DNA of 63,425 bases, filler included, from Sphacelaria rigidula (Eukaryota): the NCBI GenBank assembly GCA_964200075.2. It is 7 parts of 7 records of this genome, joined end to end, with 100 filler letters (N's around TTAATTAATTAA, not from the genome) between each part and the next. Parts side by side here need not be neighbours in the genome. Positions count along the whole stretch, not along the records: positions 45,378 to 54,351 come from CAXNAA020009606.1; positions 54,452 to 63,425 come from CAXNAA020009607.1; 5 more parts are not named here. One strand, given 5' to 3'. Each line of letters opens with the position of its first letter. The first letter of the stretch is position 1. The position numbers were made by a program, and so were the translations under genes. Of this stretch, positions 52,814 through 63,425 are shown piece after piece. The notes below the pieces were generated by a model. It was not told where the DNA came from and made no database searches. It was given only the letters and a program-made list of their open reading frames with translations.

Positions 52814-54240
52814 TGGAGGGGGGTGTACGCATTTGTTACTTGCCTTAGTTGTTTGATAATTGACCATGCGTCCCTTTCGAGACGGAGAGCACCGTTCCTA
52901 CTCCTGGTAGAGACACCTCCAACATTTAGGTGCTCACTACGTTCCTTTCATACATCACACAAAAACCTTGTACATATCTTACCCCCCCGTCCTCTTTCGC
53001 CGTCCGTGGTCAACATTCATTTCGTAGTACAGCGATCGTTTTTCCGCTGCTCTCTGATGCATCAAACGGTTCCATGCCACCTTCGTTCACGTTCCGCATT
53101 TCTCCCTCTAGCACGTCCCATTCCTCCTTGTATAGTTCACATTCTGCCACCATATGAGTTATGCTCTCTATTGCTTCGCCACAGGAGCAGTTCTGTGCAT
53201 CTACTTTCTCCTCCACTCGACTATTAGTATACCTCTTCCTTCTTTCCGGCAGATCCAGGTTCTCCACCCGAGCTCTCACTTTCGAGTTTTTCGCCGCGTC
53301 CATTGAGTCATTACGTTTTCATCCCTATCCCCTCCCTCAACCCCCCGTATATCTCTAGGTGTTTTTTCTTTTTTCTCGTCTACTTTGCGTCTGAGCGCTC
53401 CTTTTCCCCTTATTCTTATCATGTCTCTTACTTTTGTCTTGCACCTCGCGCCTTCATTTATGTACAGTATTTCGTCTTGGTGTCCTCCTATCTCTTTCCA
53501 CACTTTCTCGACTTCTTTATCCCACCTTACAGCATGCCCTTTCGTGATTTTCTTCCATACAGCCTGATCAACTACAGCTGGCAATCTCTTCCTCTGCATA
53601 CGGAGTATTCTTCAAGCTGTATTGCCATCTCAATTTCCCCATGTCTCTGTTTGTGTTGAGTGGGTACATTCCCAGCTCTGCTATCAACGCTGTATTACTC
53701 GTCGTTATCCAGCATCCAAGTATCTCCTTAGCTGCTGCCATCTGTACTGTTTCCAAACTCTTCACCAATTTCACGTTCGCTCCCTCTCCTGCATGTTCCA
53801 GCTTTTGTACGATCACGTCCACCAGGATACATCTCTCAATCCTAGTGTCTAGGTGCGAGTTTCTGAGAATCACGTCCATTTTGCCTATCTGTGCCGTACC
53901 TCTTTCTATTACCTTATTTATGTGTGCATGCCAAGACAACAGATCTCTGACATCTCTACGATCGGCAGTTCCTCGTCTCCCCACTTCCATGTGGACTCTA
54001 CATAATTTTTCTTATCTTCGTTACAGACGAGTACCTCGTATTCGTTGACGTTCGCTGTCATTCTCTATTTCCTAGTGTATTCTAGCGCCTTTTCTGTTTG
54101 TTTCTGCAGCCCTTGTTCTGTTTCTGTTCCCCCCGCAAAATCGTCCACGAGCATTTAACCGGACACAGTATCTTCATCCACCTTGTCTTCTAGCTTTGCT
54201 GCTCTCATCGCCAACATGAGGTCATTAATAAATACCTTGT
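52814..54240 (-). mobile_element. LINE ORF2 remnant (RT C-half, thumb, CCHC) of the C-tract family, in an ankyrin gene intron
   Basis: KVFINDL...LVDDF, LETVQMAAAKEILGC..TSNTALIAELG and CSCGEAIESITHMVAEC, running directly into the ~70-nt tail. Confidence 0.88.
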
Positions 54241-54327
54241 GGGGAGGGGGAGGAGGGGGGGCGAACTCATTCGTTGCTTGCCTTAGTCGTTTGACCATTG
54301 ACCACGCATCCCTTTCGAGACGGAGCA
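54241..54327 (-). mobile_element. C-tract LINE 3' tail abutting the LINE RT region
   Basis: Full tail from TGCTCC to the C-rich run; C-rich sequence also upstream. Confidence 0.8.
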
Positions 54328-54451
54328 TCGCGTGTGGTGGTGGGGGGAGGGNNNNNNNNNNNNNNNNNNNNNNNNNNNNNNNNNNNNNNNNNNNNTTAAT
54401 TAATTAANNNNNNNNNNNNNNNNNNNNNNNNNNNNNNNNNNNNNNNNNNNN

Positions 54452-54474
54452 GCTGCTGCTGCTGCTGTTGTTGC

Positions 54475-54547
<73 letters not shown>

Positions 54548-54593
54548 CTTGTTGCTGTTGCTGTTGCTGTTGTTGTTGCTGTTGCTGTTGCTG

Positions 54594-54644
<51 letters not shown>

Positions 54645-54651
54645 ATGTTGT

Positions 54652-54683
<32 letters not shown>

Positions 54684-54742
54684 TGCTGCTGCTGCTGTCG
54701 TTGCTGCTGCTGTCGTTGCTATCGCTTCTACTGCTGCTGCTG
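54452..54742. repeat. Compound (CTG)n/(TTG)n microsatellite
   Basis: Direct inspection. Confidence 0.95.
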
Positions 54743-57410
54743 TTTCCACCGTGTTTTCTGCTATCCTGGTTTGCTATTGTTGTCCCACTTGTTGTGTTGT
54801 TTTTGCCTCTACTGCCTACTGTCGGCTGTACGTTTCTTGCTTGCTATCGCATCGGTTGTCATATGCACGCGTACTTCACACTCTCATGTTTCCATCATTT
54901 TGTACCTTGCTCTGACTGGAACGCACAGATTTTGTCATTATCGTCTGCATTTTATCACCTTCGCCTGACCTACACCGTTACCCATAACATGACCACTGTA
55001 TCTAACCAGCAATGATCGTGTTCCAGGCATTCTCCAAATTATTTCGATCGTTTCGTTGCATATTGAACTGGGACAATCAACACACCATGATCAGCACTGG
55101 ATGTATTTTGGTCCCGGGGTTGCAGTTTTATTGTGGCGGTGGGGATTTGTGAAATGCACGTGCGGTAAAGCTGTCAATCTCTTTCGGTCTTGCTTGTTTT
55201 TCTTTCATCTTACAAACTCATGTTGTCTGCATCTCCGGGTACCGTGTCTAACGTCACTGGCTTTTGAGCCACACGATTGTATTTTGAGTGCTTTGTAATT
55301 TTGCGCCGCCGTCGTCTTGCTCTTTCGAGCTGCACAATTTTTTATTTTATGTTTGTTAATTTTGTGTTGTGTTTTGCGCCCTTGATGGTTTTCTTTTGAT
55401 CGTGCGGGTGTAGGCTATCCGCATGACCCTGTCTGTTGCGCTGCCTGTACTCATCATTCTTGAGCAGTATTCCGCTTGTAATCGTTTCATCTATTTGGTT
55501 CGAAACGCCGAAACGCCGAATTTACCGCCCGGCACAAGACATTTCTATCTGCGTCACGTGGTACAAAACCAAGCCATGTTTTCACGGACTCCAACTTTCA
55601 ACGCATACTAACTGTGCCCGTTATTACTTCCTCCGTTGTTTCACCTACACTCTTGTCTTGGGTGTGTCGCATCCTGGTGAGGGAGTCGGCGCTGAACGTG
55701 ATTGCTTTGGGGAGGACACGCAGGAAACACCGAACGGTTTGCCCATGACGGTATGTTCCGGTGTGGAGTATCAGCAATATGGTTTGGTATAGCTAATCCC
55801 GTGTACCTTTTTATAGGATTCTGGTGGCAAGGTTATTGCCTTGGTGTCACTGTGCATGACCTCCATTTTTATTCCACTCTGGCAATCGATTATATGGCTT
55901 GCTATTCAACAGGTTGACTCCTTGACGCACCCTGTGCCGTAGTTGGATACCACCTTGTTTCTTCGCGGTACCGTAGTTAGATACTACATTGTTCAGTTGC
56001 TTCAAACTTGGTTTTCGAAGTTATGCTGCCACTCATATTCCCGTGCATTGCCTTGCCATTAGTTATTCAGTACACAGACGTACGTAGTTTCCCTACTTTT
56101 GCCTTTTTGCCCTTCACACCCAGCGTACCATGCAAGTCAACTGCGCGACCATATATCTTGTCTTTGACGGTGCTCACAGGCTCTACATATAGTTTTTACA
56201 CACTTATTTCTCTGATGTGGTCGCTGAACCCCCTTGCGGGAACGAAGTAAGAGTTTCTACTGTCTAAATGGTTCCTGTACAGCATGCACACCCTTTTTCA
56301 CAAAACAACGCGGCCTCCTACCATAAGAACGCCGCATGATCAGGAAAAAAATCACAAGCTTCTTGACCGAGGTGTTGCTCACCCAACGTTTCCTGGCAAC
56401 GTTTGTCGACTACACGACTAAATGTCTGGTAAAATTCGTCAAATGCAGCTTTACTGCAGGGTCTCACAAGTTCGTTAGCCTGTTGATCAATAATACCGGC
56501 ATACAACCAGCCCCCTCCAAACGCGACGCAATTGCTCAGAGGTCACGTCCATACAGTCGAAAAACTACGTTCGTTTCTAGACCCACCGGGTACCTTGGAC
56601 AGTTTGCCCAGGAGCGTAGCATTCTAGACGCCCGGCTGACCGATATTCTAAATAAGTAGGAAAGCCAACAGTCTTGCTACACGGTGTAGGTAAACGCGCG
56701 CTCTCCTTTTACTGTCAAACTTATGTGTCGTACAACTGCAGCAAGACTTCACTACTACAATCCGGTCGTCTCATATTGGCTCAGCTAAGATATGGCATAC
56801 AAAGTAGAGACTCGCCAAACGACCATCAATATACAGCTCATGCGTGGGAGTTCATGTTTGTTGTCATTTCTGTGCTTTGTCTCTGTATATTCAGTACAAC
56901 ATACCTCATTATTATATTTTTGTTCAGCATGCCTTGTCTATTTTATTTTCGCCAGGATTATGTCTACAGTTTCACAGGATTCGAGAACCTAGGGGGACGG
57001 TTGCTGAAAAGGTTACAAAATTGTACAAATCTTGGCCCCAGAGAGAGTACGTTTCACGCACACTCTTGCGTAATCGCATCCTACCCGACGACCCGACGGC
57101 ATGCTACCGTCTGACACGTTTTCCTTCGAGCTCTGGACTGGCCGTGAACATTACACACGTACCACCGCTGTCTCAAAAAGCAAGAAGTTTCTTCCATATC
57201 CGTCCACCCCATCCGAAACACTCCATACCCGAAGTGTTTGCGTCCCACCTTGGGGGGCACCAAACAGGAACGCTACACCCACATTCCACCTGACCCCTGA
57301 ATTTGTCCCCGTGTTGGATTGCATTGCCTGTATCTGTCACCATGTTGGGTTGTTGATAACTCTACGTTGTTTCGGGCACTGACGGGTGGGGAAAAGGGAA
57401 ATACTTCAAA

Positions 57411-57850
57411 AGGGGGGAGGGGGGGGGGCGTACTCATTTGTTTCGAGCATCCAAGTAGTTTCCTTAGCTGCTGTAATCTGCACTGTTCCCAAGTCCTTCA
57501 CTAATTTTATTGCATCCGAGTATTCTTTTAGCTGCTGCCAGCTGCACTGTTTTCAATTTCTTCAACAACTCCACCCCTTTGAAAGACTTTAAACGGGGGG
57601 GGGGGCGTACTCATTTGTTTCGAGCATCCAAGTAATTCCCCTAGCTACTGTCATCTGTACTGTTTCCAACTTCCTCACCAACTTCATTTCATCCAAGTAT
57701 TTTCTGAGCTGTTGCGATCTGTACTGTTTTCATCTTCACTATTTTAATTGCATCCAAGTATTCTTTTCTTTGCTGCCATTTGCACCGTTTCCGCATCAAC
57801 GTATTCTCGTAGCTGCGGCCAGCTGCACTGTTTCCAGTTTCTTCATCACA
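57411..57850 (-). repeat. LINE-derived minisatellite (~60-bp units) fused to LINE tail ends
   Basis: About six GCATCCAAGTA...AGCTGCTGCCATCTG(T/C)ACTGTTTCCA units matching 53712-53773; GGGGGGCGTACTCATTTGTT at ~57421 and ~57598. Confidence 0.8.
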
Positions 57851-59519
57851 TTTACCCCTTGCTTTGCCAGGTCTCATGCTTGTATCAGGTCATCGAAGAA
57901 TACCTCAAGTAGAGAGGGTGATAACGTACATCCTGGTGCGACTCCTTGCAAAATATCGAAATATTTCGATATTTTCCTGTCTAGCATCATCGCACTTTTG
58001 GCACATTTCTGTCGTCTTTATCGTCCACACCTTCCCTTTGGTCACAGTTCCTCATATATTCTCCCATAACCCATTGCTCCATACTGCGTCATGAGCCTTT
58101 TGCACGTGTATCACCCCACAGTTCCTCCCACCCCGCCATCGCACTCGAAGCACCCCGATTCCCCACGTAGTGATGCCTTGAAGCTTTTGCCTATAGATGC
58201 TACCCCCTGGAAAGGCTATAGCAGTGCCGAGCTGAAGCGCCACGTGTATGAATGTGGATTTGTTTTTCGGCGAGTACGCTACGAGGATGGAGACTGGAAA
58301 GAGCTATCTCGCCGGGAACTCGAGCGCCCCAAGCTGGAACGGAGGCACCAAAGATAGACTGGAGCCATCGACGTTTACGAATAGCTGTTGTGTGATGTGG
58401 TATACGACATTATTGGGAGAGGAATGCGGTGATGAAATAAGGGAATATGTAACTATATATTGCTGCTGCCGTACGCTTCAGTCATGAATTTCGAGTGTTG
58501 TTGTCTTTTTCTTTTGCTGCTTTGTTATTGATTGCTTTCCATTTGGTATAAATACAGGCACACGTGTGAGCCAAGGCGCGTGGGCTCTATTTCCAGTAGA
58601 ATAGGTGTCAGTAGTTACAGAAGAGCACCCCTCAAAAGCTGCACTCCTGTACCTATCGATCAGTTCGTGGAAATGTTGTTTTTAGCGAGGTTAAAGCCCC
58701 GCACTACCCCAGAATCTAGTGTAACTGATCCAGGGTGTCGACGCGCGATCACGCTAACTAGCCGATCGTTCTCCAGTCTAACTGAGATCCCGGGAAACGA
58801 CAGCGACCGTACTTGTCTGCTGTTTCTGTCGTTGAAAACAGCATTATAGATTTTTTCCTTTCCTAACGGATGGAGTTTTCCCCTGCTTATCAGGGTTTAC
58901 CTATTCATTAGATCTGCAACGAGTTTTCCCCTGTACTGTAATTATGCAGTTTTTTCTCGTTTTACTTTCAGGCGTATGATGCACAGGCTTTGTTTTTGTT
59001 CCGGCCTTTCCAGCCCTCCAGTAAGTTTCGTTTAGCCATATCAATATGGCTAGGGGGATGTTGCAGATATATTGGCCATTGTCCAGTCGATTAGGTTCCC
59101 ATGTGTCATACTTTGTCATGCTTGGTACCTGATGGGTCATACTCCATTGTGGTTGGATCGAGACGACTGCCCCTATCTGTCACAGCGTTTGGGACTACGT
59201 ATCTCAACCAGCAAAGCACAAATTAGCCTGTACGCCAATACTACAAGAGCATCTACGCCATCACGGTCTGCTATCCCAGAGGAGTCTTTGGTCTTCACGC
59301 AATGTAAGCCCGCATTGCACGCAACATATGGGTCTTGTCTCCGGCGTGAACCATGGGCATGGCGCCTGGTCATTTGTGTGTGGGTTGACTCCCCACATGG
59401 TAAATCGAGCTCAATGGCTTCGATACTAATGATTGTGTTTGGGCCCGCTAGCCCCCGGTGCCCACTGAACTGGCACCTTCCTACCTAGTTGGTGAGTATC
59501 GAACCATAACACTTCGGCA

Positions 59520-61653
59520 AGTTGCTCCTGCTACAAGGGTATTGTCAGATGCCTCTGGTGCCGGAGGCTCAGGAGATCTTCACGATCGTCACGCCTGACG
59601 GTTTGTTTACGCTCCCTCGTGTCCCGCAGGGCGTGTTGAACGCCACGGCGTATTTCCAAGGTGTGCTGACTGACATTTTGCGAGGTCTGAACTGTAAAGT
59701 GTGACTGGATGGCGTTTCCTATCTTGCTGAAACCAAAGAAGCATTTTTAGCTTTGCCTGACGAAATTCTTGCCTGCTTGAAGAGGGTTGGTCTGTTTGTC
59801 GTGCCTGTTCGTCTGTTCACCGTGCCTATTCGTTATGTTGCCCTGTACAGCCCGTGTGATGCCGTTGATTCGCTGCCCTCGTTAGATGTCGTTCGTACCG
59901 CCCAGCGTGAAACAGTCGGCGACGGTACTCAATCTTTTCCTACGACTTTGGTCAAGCTGCCTTGGCTGACGATGGTTTGTTTCGCGTGAATGTTGGCAGC
60001 GGTGATGTGTGTGGATTCCGTCGGATGATAAGGCTCTACAAACTCGCTTGGTGGTGTGCGCTCGCATGCGGTCGGCTGGTCACCGTGGTGTGGCGCCGAC
60101 TCTTGTTCGTTTGAACGAATACTGTGTAAGGCCTCACATGGATTCCCACGTGCGCGAGTCCGTTCGTCATTGTTTGCATTGTGTTGACACTCGTGCTGGT
60201 GCGATTGTACCTCGTCCGTATGGCTATACTGTGCATGGTACAGTGCCGGGTGAAGTTGTTCACTTTAAGTTTCTGTACGTCGGAAGTAGCGGACCTGAAG
60301 GTGCTTGTAATGCGTGAGAGGACCGCGTGCTTAGAGGACCGCGCCGTAGTTCAAAACACCTCAGGATCGACGTTTTTCAAAACAAATCGGGTCAGTCCCT
60401 GGAGGTACCACGCCCCTGACAATAACCCCAACACTAGCCCTAACCCTAACCCTAACCCTAACCCTAACCCTAACCCTAACCCAAACCGTAGGGATGTTCA
60501 AATTCCGATGCGGGCCTCTAAGCACGCGGTCCTCTCACGCATTACGATGCTAATGGTTTGTCTGATGAGGATGATTTTCGGTACGTTTTGGTTATCATGG
60601 ATGACTTCTCAAGTTTCGTTTCGTTGGGGCTTGCACCGCCGAGCTTACGGCTAAGCACTTGCTCCATTGGTGCAAGACTTTGGGGGTGCCGCGTGTTTGG
60701 GTCAGTGATATCGCCACGCACTTCAATAATCGAGTGATCGCGCAGCTGAGCGACGCGCTCAAGGTGCAACACCAACTTGCTGTTGCGTATACTCCTTGAT
60801 CGAATGGTGCTTGTGAACGCATGATGAATGAGGTTATTCGTGCGTTGCGGTCTATTTTGTCGGAACAGAGACGGCCGGTGTCTGAATGGGTTGATGTTTT
60901 GCCAGCCGCTTCGTGGGCGTTGAATACTTCTTTTCGTGAACGCTACCGTAACACTTCGTGTTGTGTGATGTTTGGGCGTACCCCGCGTACAACGTTTTCC
61001 GCGCTGATTTCTGTCACTGGCGGCGGGCAGAACGTCGATGTCATGGATGCTGATTCGTTGCGTGACAAGGTTCGAGGCGTGGTTGACGAGCAAGTGCGGT
61101 TTTGTAACGAGGTGCAAGCTACTGTCGCGGTGTCTCGCGAAACCAAACGCAAGCTTACTCGGGGCCAGGCTGTGTTGCCCAAGTTTGTAGTTGGCGATTT
61201 CGTTTTGTATGCCCGTGTTCGTAGGTAAGGTGTGACGCCAAAGTTGATGTCCATATGGACAGGTCTGTGGCGAGTGGTCGGAGTCGATCACGCTCGGGTG
61301 TATTGGTGCAGAACACTGTTTCTGGTGCCTTACACTCGGTCCATATCGCTCATTTGCGCTTCAATGCTGACTCGCAGTTGCACATCACTGCGGAAATAAA
61401 ATATGTATTTCAGCATTCGCATGCCTAAGGTGAATGTCGGATGAATGCTTTGGTGCACGTCGCTGAGGATGACAATGGTGATGTCAGTGTTTTGGTCGGT
61501 TGGAATTGGTCCGGTGCTGAAGAGCGTACGTGGGAGTCTCTTCGCAAGATTCATTCTTTTGCGCCCGAATTTGTTTTGAAGGAACTGCGAAAACTGCGGT
61601 TGACTCGGGCGCTGACAAGTAAATTAGTGTCGGAGTATGGTATTTCTTTGTGA
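59520..61653 (+). mobile_element. pol: Degenerate Ty3/Gypsy (chromovirus-type) pol: RT fragment, integrase, chromodomain
   Basis: QMPL..FTIVTPDGLFT..RVPQGVLNATAYFQ, AGHRGV..CLHC, YVLVIMDDFS, NGACERM and LVGW...ERTWE. Purine tract at 61786-61807. Confidence 0.9.
60307..60545. mobile_element. MITE with 31-bp perfect TIRs carrying (CCCTAA)7
   Basis: GTAATGCGTGAGAGGACCGCGTGCTTAGAGG at 60307-60337 is inverted at 60515-60545; telomere-type tract at 60438-60479. Confidence 0.92.
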
Positions 61654-62892
61654 CCTGGCGCATGCGATTTCGCCTTGGTTTTCGTTAGTTGTCAAGCTCG
61701 TTCGTTTGTCTTGAACTCGCTGTGAGCGTGTTGTGGCCAAATGATACCAAGCCGTAGGTTTCAGTATAATTGCAAGCATGATTAGAGCAGGGGCAGGGAG
61801 CAGGGGATCCTGGATTGATGGCTCTTATCTGTGTGGCCCCTTGCTGTCTGGCTCGTGATGTCGTCTGTTGAGGATCACTCCGAGATCATAACAAGTTAGA
61901 AGAGAGGACTTTTCGATCGAGCACGAGGCCAGTGATACTGAGGAGTCCTTAGTTGAAAGTCCTCTTGTCCAAATCGTCTGGCAGAGGCTATACGTAGTAT
62001 GCGAGGGAAACCCCAAAACATCCCTGAATACTGAAACTACCCACCACTGCATATATATGTGTGTGTTCGTAATTATGTTAGTATGTAAGTGCGCATGTTT
62101 GTAACTACGTATGTTTGTATGTAAGTACGTACGTATATCTTGATTGGTTGATTGATTTCGGTTGGTTGTCGCACGTTTACTGACCCTCCAGGGATCAAGC
62201 CATGGTTACATGGTAGACGTACCCAAGACAACAAAGAACTGAAACACTCGCTGCAGAAAAACATCATGAACAGAAAGGTACTGTAGGACATGACACAGTG
62301 TCGACTAAGATGAAACAAGGAGAAATGCCCGGCCTTTGCCACATGACTGTAGCTTCATGGAAAAGGTCTTGCGCAGAACCGCACTCATACCCAGTCGAAA
62401 AAACAAAAGGCCGTGGAAGAAGATTGCTGCTTATCTACTACGACTGCACTTTTTGGGAGTATGGACCCTCTCATGCATTAACACAATAAAGCAAGGCATT
62501 TCACTGCTATTGGACACACCGACGGGAAAGAACACTCAAGTGTTTGTTGAAAGGGCGGTTCTTCCCAAGAAAACGAACCAAAGTGCGTACGAATATCTGA
62601 TCTAGCCCGTAGATGCAAACAACTTCTCCTACAGTGGAATTGCGGCCTCCTTGGGACCCACATACAGTAAAGTGGGTGTGTTGTCATCTCATTCGTTCCG
62701 GAAGCCAGTCTGCACCTTCCAGAGTATGTGGGCGTATCAGCCGGGGGCACACAGGAGGGGGGCGAACACAAGAATGTAGTTTCTGCTTTGATTTAGTACC
62801 GTGTTGGGATATAGATGACGCCGTCTATATTCAAATGGTTTGAAAGAAGTCGTAAGTGTATATTGAACAGTACAACTTCTTAGGCTTCAGGA

Positions 62893-63298
62893 AAATATTC
62901 GTTTGTCCAAGATCTCCCATTTCACCTCTCAGCGTAAATAGAACCTTCCCGGGTGTGTTAAGTAGGTTAGGCGTCTCTCTCCCGATGATATCCACTGTTC
63001 CAAGAAATATTAATTTGTCCAAAAACTCCCATTTCACCTCTCAGCGAATATGGCACTTCCCTGGGTGTGCCAGAGTAGGTTTGACGGCTTTCCCCCGATG
63101 ATATCCACTTTTCCAACGGATATCCGTTTGTCCAAAGAAATATTCGTTCGTCCCAAATCTCCCATTTCAACTCTCAGCGAGTATGGCACCTCCCTGCGTG
63201 TGTTAGGGTAGGTGTGGCGGCTTTCCACCGATGATATCCACTGTTACAAGAAGTTGTCGTTTGTCCAAAGAAATATTCGTTGGTCCAAAATCTCCCAT
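62893..63298 (+). repeat. Tandem repeat, about 3.3 units of 112-133 bp
   Basis: AAATATT..TTGTCC..TCTCCCATTTCACCTCTCAGCG...CCGATGATATCCACT recurs. Confidence 0.85.
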
Positions 63299-63425
63299 GT
63301 GTCATGAGGAAGGAAGATAGAGAGGCGTTATTTGTTCCTTCAGACAGTTTTGGGGCAGGTTGGCTCACAGATCACTCGATCCAGCCATGGGAATGCTTCC
63401 AAAGTTCTGGGAAAGGTTGATGTAC

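Noticed and set aside
54396-54968. Poly-Q and poly-L/A ORFs
   Set aside because: Translations of a trinucleotide microsatellite at a contig end with no other coding support.
60438-60479. True telomere or chromosome fusion site
   Set aside because: Short, single orientation and enclosed by MITE TIRs.

Overview
Repeat-rich eukaryotic DNA, most likely a brown alga or related stramenopile (an inference from intron style, TTAGGG-type repeat and transposon content). The window is not one locus. It is seven contigs of 8974-8977 bp joined by artificial 100-bp N44-TTAATTAATTAA-N44 spacers, so nothing can be linked across a spacer. Transposons: a decayed Ty1/Copia element carrying three nested MITEs, a second Copia remnant, an RTE-like LINE, a second LINE family, a chromodomain Ty3/Gypsy remnant interrupted by a telomere-repeat MITE, a tRNA-derived SINE family (5+ copies) and several foldback MITEs. 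Host gene fragments: a non-RD CaMKK/GRIK-like kinase with a GC-AG intron and a very long activation segment, a large low-complexity protein gene, the 3' end of an ankyrin-repeat gene and two weaker exon sets. The strongest novelty candidate is a LINE whose ORF2 stop is followed by only 5 nt and a poly(C) run. It inserts at C-tracts and has spread as ~70-nt hairpin-bearing tail copies and a derived minisatellite.
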